Source of the DNA: an uncultured delta proteobacterium
Lineage (GTDB): Bacteria; Myxococcota; Myxococcia; Myxococcales; Anaeromyxobacteraceae
Length of the DNA stretch: 64,000 bases
Assembly: GCA_963766715.1 (NCBI GenBank)
Contig: CAVYBH010000015.1
Span: 352,001-416,000 of the forward strand
Reading direction: 5' to 3'
In this document: piece after piece, positions 32,978-43,178 of the stretch
Layout: each line of letters starts with the position of its first letter
How positions within the stretch are numbered: position 1 is the first letter of the stretch
Position numbers and translations under genes: made by a program
Notes under the pieces: model-generated
Seen by the model: only the letters and a program-made list of their open reading frames with translations
Databases searched by the model: none
Told to the model about the DNA's origin: nothing

Positions 32978-33119
32978 ACGACCACTTTCGCGTTTCCACC
33001 TGCCAAGCCCGCTGCCGCTCCGGCCGCTGTTCCCTCCCAAGGAGGCCTAGTAGACGAGAGCCCTCCCAGAGCCCAAGACCTTCGAGGCCGGTGGCGCGAG
33101 CCGCCGGCCTCGTTTGCTT
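32978..33119 (+). ncRNA. Candidate sigma54-dependent small RNA (about 140 nt)
   Basis: Bounded by a sigma54-like promoter and a strong terminator; no credible ORF; two CCCUCCC motifs. Confidence 0.4.
33083..33119 (+). terminator. Rho-independent terminator
   Basis: CGAGGCCGGTGGC-GCGA-GCCGCCGGCCTCG followed by TTTGCTT. Confidence 0.7.
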
Positions 33120-33193
33120 CCGGGCCGGGGAGAATGCGGCGAGAATTCCCACCGGCAGCCGGACGTTCACCGGCGAGGAAGAGGGAGGAGTCG

Positions 33194-33976
33194 ATGGAAG
33201 AGGAGAGGCCCAAGTCATCCATTCGCCCCCCGAGCCAGGCCCCCTGGGCCGTGCTCGTCCTCGCGCTCGTCGCCGGCGTCGGCGGCGGGCTCTACTGGCT
33301 GCTCCACACGTCCTCTGCGCCCCCCGCAACGGTGGCCGGCCCGGCCGCTCCCGAGGCCGCCACGGGCCCCGCCCCTGCCACCGGAGCGCCGGTCGACGAG
33401 CGGACGCAGCGGTCGCTCGTGGAGGCGATCTCGGCGAATCCGCTGTACCGGCAGCTCCTCGCGGAGGGCGACCTGCTGCGGCGCTGGGCGATCGTCACCG
33501 AGAACGTCGCGGGCGACGTGGTCCCTCGCAAGCCGCTCGCCGCGCTCGCGCCGAAGGAGGCCTTCTCGGTGGTCCGGCGCGGCGGGGAGATCGTCATCGA
33601 TCCCCGCTCCTACCAGCGCTTCGACCTGGTGGGCGACGCGGTGGCCTCCCTCGACGTGGAGGCCTTCGCGCTGGCCTACGCGGCGCTGCGCCCGGCGCTG
33701 GAGATCGCCTACCGGGGGCTCGGGTATCCGGACGGATCCATCGACCGCGTCACCGCGCGCGCGCTGGCCCGCATCGAGCGCGCGTCGCCCCGGGACGGGG
33801 ACGTCCTGCTCGTCGAGGGACCCGGCGCGATCTACGCCTACGCCGACCCGAAGCTCGAGCAGCTCGGCGACGTCGAGAAGCAGCTCCTCCGGATGGGGCC
33901 GAGGAACGGCCGGATCCTCCAGGAGAAGGCCCGGGCAATCTCGCGGGCGCTGGGGTTCCCGGCGGGCGCCCCGTGA
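33194..33976 (+). CDS. DUF3014-like membrane-anchored protein
   Basis: SD GGAGGAG; one TM helix; [35 protein letters not shown]. Confidence 0.75.
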   Translation: MEEERPKSSIRPPSQAPWAVLVLALVAGVGGGLYWLLHTSSAPPATVAGPAAPEAATGPAPATGAPVDERTQRSLVEAISANPLYRQLLAEGDLLRRWAIVTENVAGDVVPRKPLAALAPKEAFSVVRRGGEIVIDPRSYQRFDLVGDAVASLDVEAFALAYAALRPALEIAYRGLGYPDGSIDRVTARALARIERASPRDGDVLLVEGPGAIYAYADPKLEQLGDVEKQLLRMGPRNGRILQEKARAISRALGFPAGAP

Positions 33977-33983
33977 CCCCTCG

Positions 33984-34728
33984 TCACTCCGGGTAGAAGA
34001 CCTCCTCCAGCACCAGCCCCTGCGGCGGCGCGGTGCGGCCGGCCAGGGTCCGGTCGCGGCTGGCGAGCAGGCCGGCCATGGAGGCCGGCGCCCGGGCGCC
34101 CAGCCCCACCTCGACGAGGGTGCCCACCAGGTTCCGCACCATGTGCTTCAGGAAGGCGGTGGCCTCGGCCACCACCTCGATGCGGCCGCCCCGCTCCCCC
34201 TGCACCTCGAGGCGAAGGAGCTCCCGCACCGCGTGGTGGGCCTCGCAGTCGGCCGCCCGGAAGGCCCCGAAGTCGTGGCGGCCGAGGAGCGGCGCGGTGG
34301 CGGCGCGCATGGCGTCGGCATCCAGGGGCCGGAAGACCTGCCAGGCCTGGAGGCGCGAGAGCGGCGCACGCGTCGGGGCGTTCTCGATCCGGTAGCGGTA
34401 GCGCTTCCCGCGGGCGTCGCGCCGGGCGTCGAACGGTCCCTCGCGCACCTCGGCCTCGCGGACGGCGACGTCCTCGGGGAGCAGCGCGTTCATCCCCTTC
34501 ACGTAGGCGGAGATCGGGGAGCGGCCGCTCGGTCGGGAAGCTCGCCACCTGGCCGAGCGCGTGGACGCCGGCGTCGGTCCGGCCGGCGCCGGTGACGCGG
34601 ACGGGCTCCTTGTGGAGGGTGGAGAGGGCCCGCTCCAGCTCGGCCTGGATCGACGGGCCGTTGGGCTGCAACTGCCAGCCCACGTAGCGGGTCCCGTCGT
34701 AGGCCAGCACGAGCTTCACGGTGGGCAC
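33984..34728 (-). CDS. truA: tRNA pseudouridine(38-40) synthase (frameshift near 34520)
   Basis: [46 protein letters not shown]. Confidence 0.9.
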
Positions 34729-34758
34729 GCGGGAAACCTAGCACGCCCCGCGCTCCCC

Positions 34759-35888
34759 TCAGGGGCGCAGGGTCAGGGTGAGCCCCATGGCCACGTCGGG
34801 GGCGTTCGAGTCGAAGAACCAGCGCGGCCCCAGGCCGGGCACGCTCCCGAGGGTGAAGTCCTCGGCGAACCAGAAGGTCAGCGGGCCCCAGCGCACCGCG
34901 CCGGTGATCTGGTTCTGCGACAGGCTCACCGCGTTGGAGGCGCTCGACTGCAGGTTCCACTCCGGGTTCACCTCGACGAAGGTCCACCCGGACTGGAAGG
35001 CGGCGGTGCACCAGCGATCCTCGAGGACGAAGGACCAGTCGCCGGCCATCGCCACCAGCGACAGCCCGGCGGCCCCGTGCCAGGGGCGGGGCTGGAGCGC
35101 GACCGAGCTCGGCCAGCCCCGACCAGTAGGAGCCGGCCACGATGGCGTGACCGACCAGCCAGGAGGTGGCCTGCCAGGTGCCCTCGACCCCGAGGCCGAC
35201 GTCCCAGCCGCCCGAGCCGCCCATGCGGGAGAGCGACGCCGGTGGGCACCTTCACGTCGAGTCGCAGGGAGACCCCGGCCCGCGCCTCGGGCCCTTCCCG
35301 GAGCGGCTCCCCGCCCTCCCAGAGCAGGAGCTGGTTGCGGAGCACCACGTCGCCGAAGGCGAAGGTGGTCGACTGGATGTCGACCGGCTGGGACGAGAGC
35401 GGGTCGCGCAGCTCGAGGTGGACCTCGTTCTTCGGGAAGGCCGGGCGGGCGAAGTCGTTGTAGGCGAAGATCTTGTGCCAGGCGTCGATGACCCCGTCGC
35501 TCCAGCCGCCCCAGTGCAGCGTCCCGCGCAGCTCGAGCGCGCTCGAGAGCCTGCGGGCGAAGGAGCCCTCCGGGGACCCCAGCACGACGCCCCACGGGAC
35601 GCGGATCGCCGCGGTGAGGGAGTCGCTCTGCTCGTCGAGCCGGACCTGGACCACGGCGCCGTCGCGGGTGAGCGTCGTGGGGGTGCTCCAGTCGTTGGCC
35701 ATCGACCAGCCCACGTCGAGGCGCAGCGCCGTGACCGCGCGGGCGTCCCACTGCACCACGTCGAGGAACAGGTCGCGCAGCGTCCCCGCCGTTCGCACCC
35801 CCAGCGGGCCCTGGGAGGGCTCCGCCAGGGCCGCGACGGGCGCGGCGACGGCGACGGCCAAGACGAACCGGCGGAACCCGACGGACAG
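34759..35888 (-). CDS. DUF3187-like outer-membrane protein (frameshifted; start uncertain)
   Basis: Signal-like N-terminus, GGWSDGVIDAWH, amphipathic beta-strands, C-terminal FAEDF...APDV. Confidence 0.55.
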
Positions 35889-35952
35889 CGTGCCTCCCTG
35901 GTTCGCCGCAGGCTAGGCGATGTCGCCCGCGCCGTCGATGAGGGACCGCTCG

Positions 35953-35982
35953 TTGACCGGGCGGAGCGCAGCGCGCTATATG
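35953..35982 (+). promoter_or_regulatory. Putative sigma70 promoter, leaderless-type
   Basis: TTGACC-N18-TATATG, 8 nt before ATG 35991. Confidence 0.55.
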
Positions 35983-35990
35983 CGCCGTCG

Positions 35991-37038
35991 ATGTCCAAGG
36001 AGAGGGAGATCCGCGAGCAGCTGGAGGAGGCCGCCACGCACGGCGCCCGGCCGGCCAAGGCACAGGCCGCGCTCGCCCAGGTCCCGCGCCTCTTCGACGA
36101 GCTGGCCGCGCTGGAGGGCGAGCTCACGCGCGCCACCGCCGACGCCGAGGCCACGCTCCGGTCCGCCGCCCGCCACCTGGTGGCCGCCGGCGGGAAGCGC
36201 ATCCGCCCCACCGTGGCGCTGCTCGCCTGCGGCGCGTGCGGGGGCGACATGGCCGCGGCCGTGCCCTTCGGCGTCGCCGCCGAGCTGACCCACTCCGCCA
36301 CCCTCCTTCACGACGACGTCATCGACGACGGGCCGCTGCGCCGCGGCCAGCCCGCCTCCCGCGTCATCTGGGGGAACACGGTCTCGGTCCTGGCCGGCGA
36401 CTGGCTGCTCACCCGATCCCTCGAGATCGTCGCCGGACACCCCGCGGCGGCGCGCGCCCTCCCCGCCCTGCTCGCCACCATGCGCCGGCTGGTCGAGGGC
36501 GAGGTGAAGCAGCTCTCGCTCCGCGGCGGCTTCCGGGCCACCGAGCGCGACTACTTCGAGGTCATCGAGGGCAAGACCGCGTCGCTCTTCGGCTGGGCCT
36601 GCGCGGCGGGCGGCTGGGCGGCGGGCGCCGACGGCGACGTCCCGGCGGCGCTCGGACGGTTCGGCGAGGGCATCGGAACCGCCTTCCAGCTCGTCGACGA
36701 CGCGCTCGACTACGCCGCGGACCCGGCCCAGCTCGGGCAAGCGGCTGGGCGCCGACCTCGTCGAGGGGAAGGCCACCCTGCCCCTCATCCGCGCGCTGGC
36801 CGCCGAGCCGGCGCTCCGGGCCCGGCTCGCGCCCATCGCCGACGGCGCCGATCCCACCGACGACCTCTGCCTCGAGGTGATCGCCTCGGTGAAGCGCACG
36901 GGCGGCGTCGAGGCGGCGCGCGCACTGGCGCGGGAGCAGACCCGCGAGGCGCTGGCCGCGCTCGAGCAGGTTCCCGACGGCCCCCACCGGCGCGCGCTGG
37001 TCGAGGCCGCCGTGGTGCTCACCGAGCGGGCTTTCTAG
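35991..37038 (+). CDS. Long-chain polyprenyl diphosphate synthase (frameshift near 36738)
   Basis: GGKRIRP, LLHDDVID...RRG, KTASLF, FQLVDDALD, GKATLP. Confidence 0.85.
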
Positions 37039-37054
37039 ATCCCGGGCCCCGGCC

Positions 37055-37618
37055 TCACCCGGCCGGGAACCTCGCCACCCAGCGCGCCAGCTCCTCCAGG
37101 AGCTTTCCGAGGAACTTCCGCGTCCCCTCGTCGGTGAAGCGGCCCGCCGCGTCCTGCTTCTGGGGCGCGAGCGACACCAGCACCTCGGGCGACGGCACCA
37201 CGATGCCGCCCATGGAGGCGACGATCCGCCGCAGGTCCATCTGGGACCGCACGGTGCCCATGGCGCCCGGCGAGGCCCCCGCGATGGCGACCACCTTCCC
37301 GCGAAGCGACGACTTCCCGCCCGGGCGCGAGGCCCAGTCGAGCGCGTTCTTCAGCACGCCGGGCACCGAGTGGTTGTACTCGGGCGTCACGAGGAGCAGC
37401 GCGCCGGCCCGCTCGATCTCGCCCTTGAGACCGGCCACCGGCGCCGGGAGCCCCGCCGCCTCGACGTCGCCGTCGTAGGGCGGGATCGCGCCGAGCCCGT
37501 CCCAGAGCCGGACGGCCATTCCCGGAGGCGCCACCTCCTGCGCGGTGCGCAAGAGCGCCCGGTTGAGCGAGTCGCGCCGCAGGCTGCCGGCGATTCCGAG
37601 GACGTCGAGGTCGGCCAC
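37055..37618 (-). CDS. NADPH-dependent FMN reductase
   Basis: GSLRRDSLN, TPEYNHSVPGVLKNALDWASR. Confidence 0.9.
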   Translation of the reverse strand: MADLDVLGIAGSLRRDSLNRALLRTAQEVAPPGMAVRLWDGLGAIPPYDGDVEAAGLPAPVAGLKGEIERAGALLLVTPEYNHSVPGVLKNALDWASRPGGKSSLRGKVVAIAGASPGAMGTVRSQMDLRRIVASMGGIVVPSPEVLVSLAPQKQDAAGRFTDEGTRKFLGKLLEELARWVARFPAG

Positions 37619-37648
37619 GTCTGCTCCGGGGAGAGGGGTGGCCAGGGG

Positions 37649-38300
37649 TTAACCGGCCAGGCTCGTCCGCGTCCACGGGAGGCGCGTACACCGGGACCGG
37701 GAAGGCTCCCTCGACCGTCGCCCCGGCGCGCCCGTGGAGCCGCAGCTCCCAGCGGCGCCCCTCGGGAACCCGGATCTCGGTCCCCAGCCCGCGCGACGGG
37801 GCGGGCAGCTCGAAGGTCACCGCGGTCTCCGGGGCCGCCAGGATCACCTGCACGGCCCGGTACACCTCGACCTCCCGCCAGGCCTGCGCCGGCCTCGACG
37901 TCCTGCAGCCGCTCCTCCAGGCAGGCGAGCGTCACCTCGACCACGCCGCTGCCCGCAGGCGTGCGGACCGATCTCGACCTCCACCTCGAAGGGTTCGCCC
38001 AGGAAGAACGGGAACCGGTCGAAGCGCAGCCGCGCGCCGCCGCTCCGCCGCCATCGCCGCCGGAGCCAGGCCCCGCGCAGGAGCAGCCCGGCCGGCAGGA
38101 GGTCGGCCACCGCCACCAGGCCCGGCGAGACCAGGTCGGGGCGCCCCGCCGCGAGCGCGTTCCAGGGGAGGAGCACCGCCGCCGCGGCCACGCCCCACCA
38201 GAGCACCTTCCGGGCGCGCCGCTCCGGCCGGGCCTGCCTCGCCCGACGGGTTCCAGGGGTGGTCGGAACGCCAGGGCTGCGGCGGGTCGGCGGCCAGCAC
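37649..38300 (-). CDS. Hypothetical membrane protein (frameshifted, ends uncertain)
   Basis: Coding-like pieces in three frames, including two hydrophobic helices and RFPFFLGE...WELRLHG...FPVPVY. Confidence 0.4.
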
Positions 38301-38307
38301 GGCGGGG

Positions 38308-39150
38308 TCAGCGCTCCTGGAACTCGGGCGTCACTGGCGGTACGAGCCCGAGCGCGGCCGCCTCGGCCAGGAAGAGGCGCACGGCCTCCTTGCCCTTCGG
38401 CCCGGCGTCGCGCGTCCAGTCGTTCACGTACATGCCGACGAACTTGTCGGCCTGCGCGCGCGGCAGCCCGCGGGCGAACCCCATGGCGTAATCGAGCGCC
38501 TGCTCCCGGTGCGCCAGGCCGTAGTCCACCGTCTCGGCCATGACCCGGGCCAGCGTCCGCCGGAGCGGCGCGGGCAGGTCGCGCCGGAGCGCGTTCATGC
38601 CGAGCGGCAGCGGCAGGCCGGTGCGCTCCTTCCAGCTCACCCCCAGGTCCTCGATGACGCGGAAGCCCTCCTCCCGCGCGGTGAGCTGCCCCTCGTGGAT
38701 GACCAGGCCGGCCTCGGCCTTCCCCAGCTTCACCGCCCGTCCCACGTCCTTGAAGTCGACGTACATGGGGTCGAAGCCGGGGATGCGCATCCGGAGCGCC
38801 AGCACGGCGCTGGTCCACGGGCCGGGGACGGCGATGCGCGCCCGCCCCAGCTCCTCGAGCCGCCCGAACTGGGAGGTCTGGTTCACGATCACCGTGGGCC
38901 CGTAGCCGTCGCCGAAGGAGGCGCCGGCGTCGAGCAGCAGGTACTTGTCGTGCAGGTGGGCGTAGGCGTGCACGGAGATGGCGGTGATGTCGTGCACCAC
39001 CTCCTGCGCCTTCTGGTTGAGCGACTCGATGTCCCCGAACTCCTGCACGAACTCGAGCCCGTCGGCCTTCACCGCGCCGGAGAAGAGCCCGTAGAACATG
39101 AACGCGTCGTCGGAGTCGGGGCTGTGGGCCACCCGGATCGTCTGCGGCAT
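38308..39150 (-). CDS. mqnD: 1,4-dihydroxy-6-naphthoate synthase
   Basis: AHSPDSDDAFMF, DIESLN, GDGYGP, GLVIHEGQ, LPLPLG, MYVN. Confidence 0.85.
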   Translation of the reverse strand: MPQTIRVAHSPDSDDAFMFYGLFSGAVKADGLEFVQEFGDIESLNQKAQEVVHDITAISVHAYAHLHDKYLLLDAGASFGDGYGPTVIVNQTSQFGRLEELGRARIAVPGPWTSAVLALRMRIPGFDPMYVDFKDVGRAVKLGKAEAGLVIHEGQLTAREEGFRVIEDLGVSWKERTGLPLPLGMNALRRDLPAPLRRTLARVMAETVDYGLAHREQALDYAMGFARGLPRAQADKFVGMYVNDWTRDAGPKGKEAVRLFLAEAAALGLVPPVTPEFQER

Positions 39151-39217
39151 GGGCGCCACTCATATCTTTCAGCGATCGTTGAAACAAGTGGCGGATGGGA
39201 GTAGATCCCGCCATCCC

Positions 39218-40732
39218 ATGGCCTACCGGTCCCTGCGCGAATTCCTCGATCGACTGGCGCGGGCCGGCGAGCTCACCCGCGTCCCCGAGCCCGTCGACCT
39301 CCGGCTCGACATGGCGGCCCTCGCCGACCGCGCCGCCAAGCAGGGCGGCCCGGCGCTCCTCTTCGAGAAGCCCTCCTCCGGCGTCATGCCGGTGGCGATG
39401 AACCTCTTCGGGACCCGGCGCCGCGCCGCCTGGGCGCTGTCCTGCGAGGACCTCGAGGAGCCGGCCAACGAGCTGCGCGCGCTGCTCAAGATGGCGCCGC
39501 CGCAGGGGCTCTGGGACAAGCTCAAGATGATCCCGAAGCTCGGCAAGCTGGCCGCGCTGCCGCCGAAGCACGTCTCGTCCGGGCCGGTGCAGGAGGTGGT
39601 GGACCGCGAGCCCGACCTGGGGTCGATCCCGGTGCTCACCACCTGGCCCCACGACGGCGGCCCCTTCATCACCCTGCCGCAGGTCATCACGCGCGACCCG
39701 GAGACCGGGATCCGCAACGTCGGGATGTACCGCTGCCAGGTGATGGGGCCCCGCAAGCTCGGCCTCCACTGGCAGCTCCACAAGACCGCCCACGCCCACT
39801 GGCGCGCCTACCGGAAGCGCGGCGAGCGCATGCCGGTGGCCATCGCGCTGGGCGGCGATCCGGCCCTCACCTACTGCGCGTCGGCGCCGCTCCCGCCGGG
39901 CATCGACGAGTACCTCTTCGCCGGCTTCCTGCGGAAGGAGTCGGTGCACATGGTGAAGGGCGTGACCGTGGACCTGGAGGTCCCGGCCGAGGCCGACGTG
40001 GTCATCGAGGGCTACGTCTCCGACGGCGGCGTGGTCCGCGAGGGGCCCTTCGGCGACCACACCGGCTACTACTCGCTCGCCGACGACTATCCCTTCCTCG
40101 AGGTCACGGCCATCACGCGCCGCAAGGACGCCATCTACCCGGCCACGGTGGTCGGGCCGCCGCCGATGGAGGACTACTGGATGGGCACCGCCACCGAGCG
40201 GCTCTTCCTGCCCATGCTCCAGCTGGTCTTCCCCGAGGTGGTGGACATGTCCTTCCCGCCGGAGGGGGTGTTCCACAACCTCTGCTTCCTCTCGGTGAGG
40301 AAGGACTTCCCCGGCCACGCCAAGAAGCTCATGCACGGCCTGTGGGGCTCGGGGCAGATGTCGGCCACGAAGACGCTGGTGGTCTTCGACGAGGACGTCG
40401 ACGTCCACGACTTCTCCCAGTGCGCCTGGCGCGCCTTCGCGAACGTCGACGCCAGGCGGGACATGGTGGTGGTCGACGGCCCGGTCGACGTGCTCGACCA
40501 CGCCTCCACCGCCTTCGGCCTGGGGGCCAAGGTGGGCATCGACGCCACCAAGAAGTGGGTCGAGGAGGGCGGGCGCGAGTGGCCGGAGCCCTGCGTGCAC
40601 CCGCCCGAGGTGATCGCCCGCATGGACGCCCTCTACGAGCGGCTCGTCCCCGGGGCGCCCGCGCCGGTGCGCCCGCGCATCGCGCCGCCGCCCGCCGCCA
40701 GCTGGACGCCGCGCCGCGGGAGCGGGGCGTGA
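39218..40732 (+). CDS. ubiD: UbiD-family menaquinone biosynthesis decarboxylase
   Basis: RNVGMYR, EGPFGDHTGYY, GPPPMED, GPVDVLDHA, GIDATKK. Confidence 0.9.
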   Translation: MAYRSLREFLDRLARAGELTRVPEPVDLRLDMAALADRAAKQGGPALLFEKPSSGVMPVAMNLFGTRRRAAWALSCEDLEEPANELRALLKMAPPQGLWDKLKMIPKLGKLAALPPKHVSSGPVQEVVDREPDLGSIPVLTTWPHDGGPFITLPQVITRDPETGIRNVGMYRCQVMGPRKLGLHWQLHKTAHAHWRAYRKRGERMPVAIALGGDPALTYCASAPLPPGIDEYLFAGFLRKESVHMVKGVTVDLEVPAEADVVIEGYVSDGGVVREGPFGDHTGYYSLADDYPFLEVTAITRRKDAIYPATVVGPPPMEDYWMGTATERLFLPMLQLVFPEVVDMSFPPEGVFHNLCFLSVRKDFPGHAKKLMHGLWGSGQMSATKTLVVFDEDVDVHDFSQCAWRAFANVDARRDMVVVDGPVDVLDHASTAFGLGAKVGIDATKKWVEEGGREWPEPCVHPPEVIARMDALYERLVPGAPAPVRPRIAPPPAASWTPRRGSGA

Positions 40733-41433
40733 GCGGCGTTCCCCTTCCCGGGCAGGGCGAGCGGGCCCAGGCGGTGCGGGCCATGTTCGACCGCATCGCG
40801 CCCACCTACGACCTGCTCAACCGCGTGATGACGCTGCGGGTCGACCAGCTCTGGCGCCGCAAGCTGGTGCGGACGCTCCGGCTCGCGCCGGGCGAGCGGC
40901 TCCTCGACGTCTGCGCCGGGACCATGGACGTGGCCGCCGAGGCCCGCCGCCGGTACCCCGAGGCCATCGTGCTGGGCAGCGACTTCTCCATCCCCATGCT
41001 GTCGCGCGGAGCGGCCAAGACCGGCCTCCCCGCCGCCACCGCCGACGCCCTCCACCTCCCCTTCCGCCCGGGCTCGGTCGACGCCGTCACCGTGGCCTTC
41101 GGCGTGCGCAACCTGGACAGCCACGAGGCCGGCCTGGCCGAGCTGGCCCGGGTCATGAAGCCCGGCGCCCGCCTGGGAATCCTCGAGTTCTTCCGGCCCG
41201 AGTCCACCGGCACGCGCGCCTTCCACGGCGCCTACAACCGGCTGGCCCTGCCGGTGATGGGGCGCCTGCTCTCCGCCGACGCCGACGCCTATCGCTACCT
41301 GGTCGAGTCGATGGAGCGCTTCGCGTCCATGCCCGAGTTCGTGGCCGCGGCGGAGCGGGCCGGCTTCCGCGACGTCCGCGGGGAGGCGCTCTTCCCCGGC
41401 GTCTGCGGCCTGGTCACGGGGGTGCGCGCGTGA
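40729..41433 (+). CDS. menG: Demethylmenaquinone methyltransferase (UbiE/MenG family)
   Basis: MFDRIAPTYDLLNR, LDVCAGT, AFGVRN, AYRYLVES. Confidence 0.85.
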   Translation: MSGVPLPGQGERAQAVRAMFDRIAPTYDLLNRVMTLRVDQLWRRKLVRTLRLAPGERLLDVCAGTMDVAAEARRRYPEAIVLGSDFSIPMLSRGAAKTGLPAATADALHLPFRPGSVDAVTVAFGVRNLDSHEAGLAELARVMKPGARLGILEFFRPESTGTRAFHGAYNRLALPVMGRLLSADADAYRYLVESMERFASMPEFVAAAERAGFRDVRGEALFPGVCGLVTGVRA

Positions 41434-42023
41434 AGATCGTGGTCGGCGTGGGCGGCGCGTCCGGAGCGCCCTATGCGAAGCGGCTGCTCGACTTCCTGGC
41501 CCGCGAGGGGCCGGCGGCGGGCGTCTCGGTGGACCTGGTCTTCACCACCACCGGCCGCCAGATCTGGACCCACGAGATCGGGTCGGCGCCCGACTACCCG
41601 TTCCGGGTCTGGAAGAACCAGGACCTCACCGCGCCCTTCGCCTCCGGGAGCGCCCGGTACGACGCCATGGCCATCGTGCCCTGCTCGGCGGCGGGGCTGG
41701 CCCGGGTGGCCTACGGCGTCTCCACCGACCTGGTGGGGCGCGCCGCCGACGTGATGCTCAAGGAGCGCAAGCGGCTCGTGCTCCTGCTCCGCGAGACCCC
41801 CATCTCCCTCATCCACGCCCGCGCCATCGCGCAGGTGGTCGAGGCGGGGGCCTTCGTCATGCCGGCCACGCCCAGCTTCTACTCCCAGCCGAAGACCATC
41901 GACGAGCTGGTGGACACCGTGGTGGCCCGGGTGCTCGACCGGCTCGGGATCCCCAACGAGATGATGCGCCGCTGGGACGGGATCTCGCCCCACCACTGCG
42001 GCGATCCGACGGAGGTAGCCTGA
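41430..42023 (+). CDS. ubiX: Flavin prenyltransferase
   Basis: GASGAPY, APFASGS, RAADVMLKERKRL, RETP, PSFY. Confidence 0.9.
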   Translation: MKIVVGVGGASGAPYAKRLLDFLAREGPAAGVSVDLVFTTTGRQIWTHEIGSAPDYPFRVWKNQDLTAPFASGSARYDAMAIVPCSAAGLARVAYGVSTDLVGRAADVMLKERKRLVLLLRETPISLIHARAIAQVVEAGAFVMPATPSFYSQPKTIDELVDTVVARVLDRLGIPNEMMRRWDGISPHHCGDPTEVA

Positions 42024-43171
42024 TGCTCTCTTCCCTGGCACACCGCGCGCTCGAGCGGGACGGGCTCGGCCCGATCCGCGACAAGGTGCTCGCCGGCGAG
42101 CGGCTCACCGAGGCCGAGGCCGTCACCCTCTTCGAGGCCCGCGACCTGGCCGCGCTGGGCGCGCTCGCCAACCACGTCCGCGAGCAGCGGCACGGCGACC
42201 TCACCTTCTACAACCGCAACGTCCACCTGAACCCCACCAACGTCTGCGTGGCGACCTGCAAGTTCTGCTCGTTCGCGCGCCCGGACGACAAGCACGCCAG
42301 CGAGGGATACACGATGTCCCTCGAGCAGTCGGTGCAGCACGTGGTCTCGAAGCGCGCGCTGGGGATCACCGAGGTGCACATCGTCTCCGGGCTGCACCCC
42401 GACCTTCCCTGGGAGTACTACCTCGAGACCATCCGGCGGATCCGCCAGGCCTGGCCGGAGCTGCACATCAAGGGGTACACCGCGGTCGAGCTGCACTTCT
42501 TCGCCGAGAAGTTCGGGAAGACCCACGAGCAGGTCCTGCGCGAGCTCATCGACGCCGGGCTCACCACCATCCCGGGCGGCGGCGCCGAGATCTTCGCCTC
42601 GCGGGTCCGCCGGAAGATCTGCGACGACAAGGCCACCGCCGAGCAGTGGCTCGAGGTGCACCGCGCCGCCCACCGGCTGGGGCTCAAGTCGAACGCCACC
42701 ATGCTCTACGGGCACATCGAGACCCTGGCCGAGCGGGTCGACCACATGGCCCGGCTGCGCGCGCTCCAGGACGAGACCGGCGGCTTCCAGGTCTTCATCC
42801 CGCTCGCCTTCCACCCCGAGCACAACATGATCGGCAAGGCCTTCCCGAAGCCCACCGGCTACGACGGCCTGCGCACCTTCGCGGTGGCGCGCCTCTTCCT
42901 CGACAACTTCGACCACGTGAAGGCGTACTGGGTGTCGCTCGGCGAGCGCCTGGCCCAGGCCTCGCTCTCCTTCGGGGTCGACGACGTGGACGGCACGGTG
43001 CTCGAGGAGCGCATCTACCACATGGCCGGGGCCACCACGCCCCAGGCCCTCTCCGAGGCCCAGCTCCACCGCATGATCCGCTTCGCCGGGCGCGTGCCCG
43101 CCGAGCGCGACAGCCTCTACCACGTGCTCCGGGTCCACGAAGCCCAGGCGCCCGTCCCCGCCACCGCCTGA
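42023..43171 (+). CDS. mqnE: Aminofutalosine synthase (radical SAM)
   Basis: NPTNVCVATCKFCSF, NATMLYGHIET, FIPLAFHP, HVKAYW, DGTVLEERIYHMAGA. Confidence 0.9.
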   Translation: MLSSLAHRALERDGLGPIRDKVLAGERLTEAEAVTLFEARDLAALGALANHVREQRHGDLTFYNRNVHLNPTNVCVATCKFCSFARPDDKHASEGYTMSLEQSVQHVVSKRALGITEVHIVSGLHPDLPWEYYLETIRRIRQAWPELHIKGYTAVELHFFAEKFGKTHEQVLRELIDAGLTTIPGGGAEIFASRVRRKICDDKATAEQWLEVHRAAHRLGLKSNATMLYGHIETLAERVDHMARLRALQDETGGFQVFIPLAFHPEHNMIGKAFPKPTGYDGLRTFAVARLFLDNFDHVKAYWVSLGERLAQASLSFGVDDVDGTVLEERIYHMAGATTPQALSEAQLHRMIRFAGRVPAERDSLYHVLRVHEAQAPVPATA

Positions 43172-43178
43172 GGCAGAG

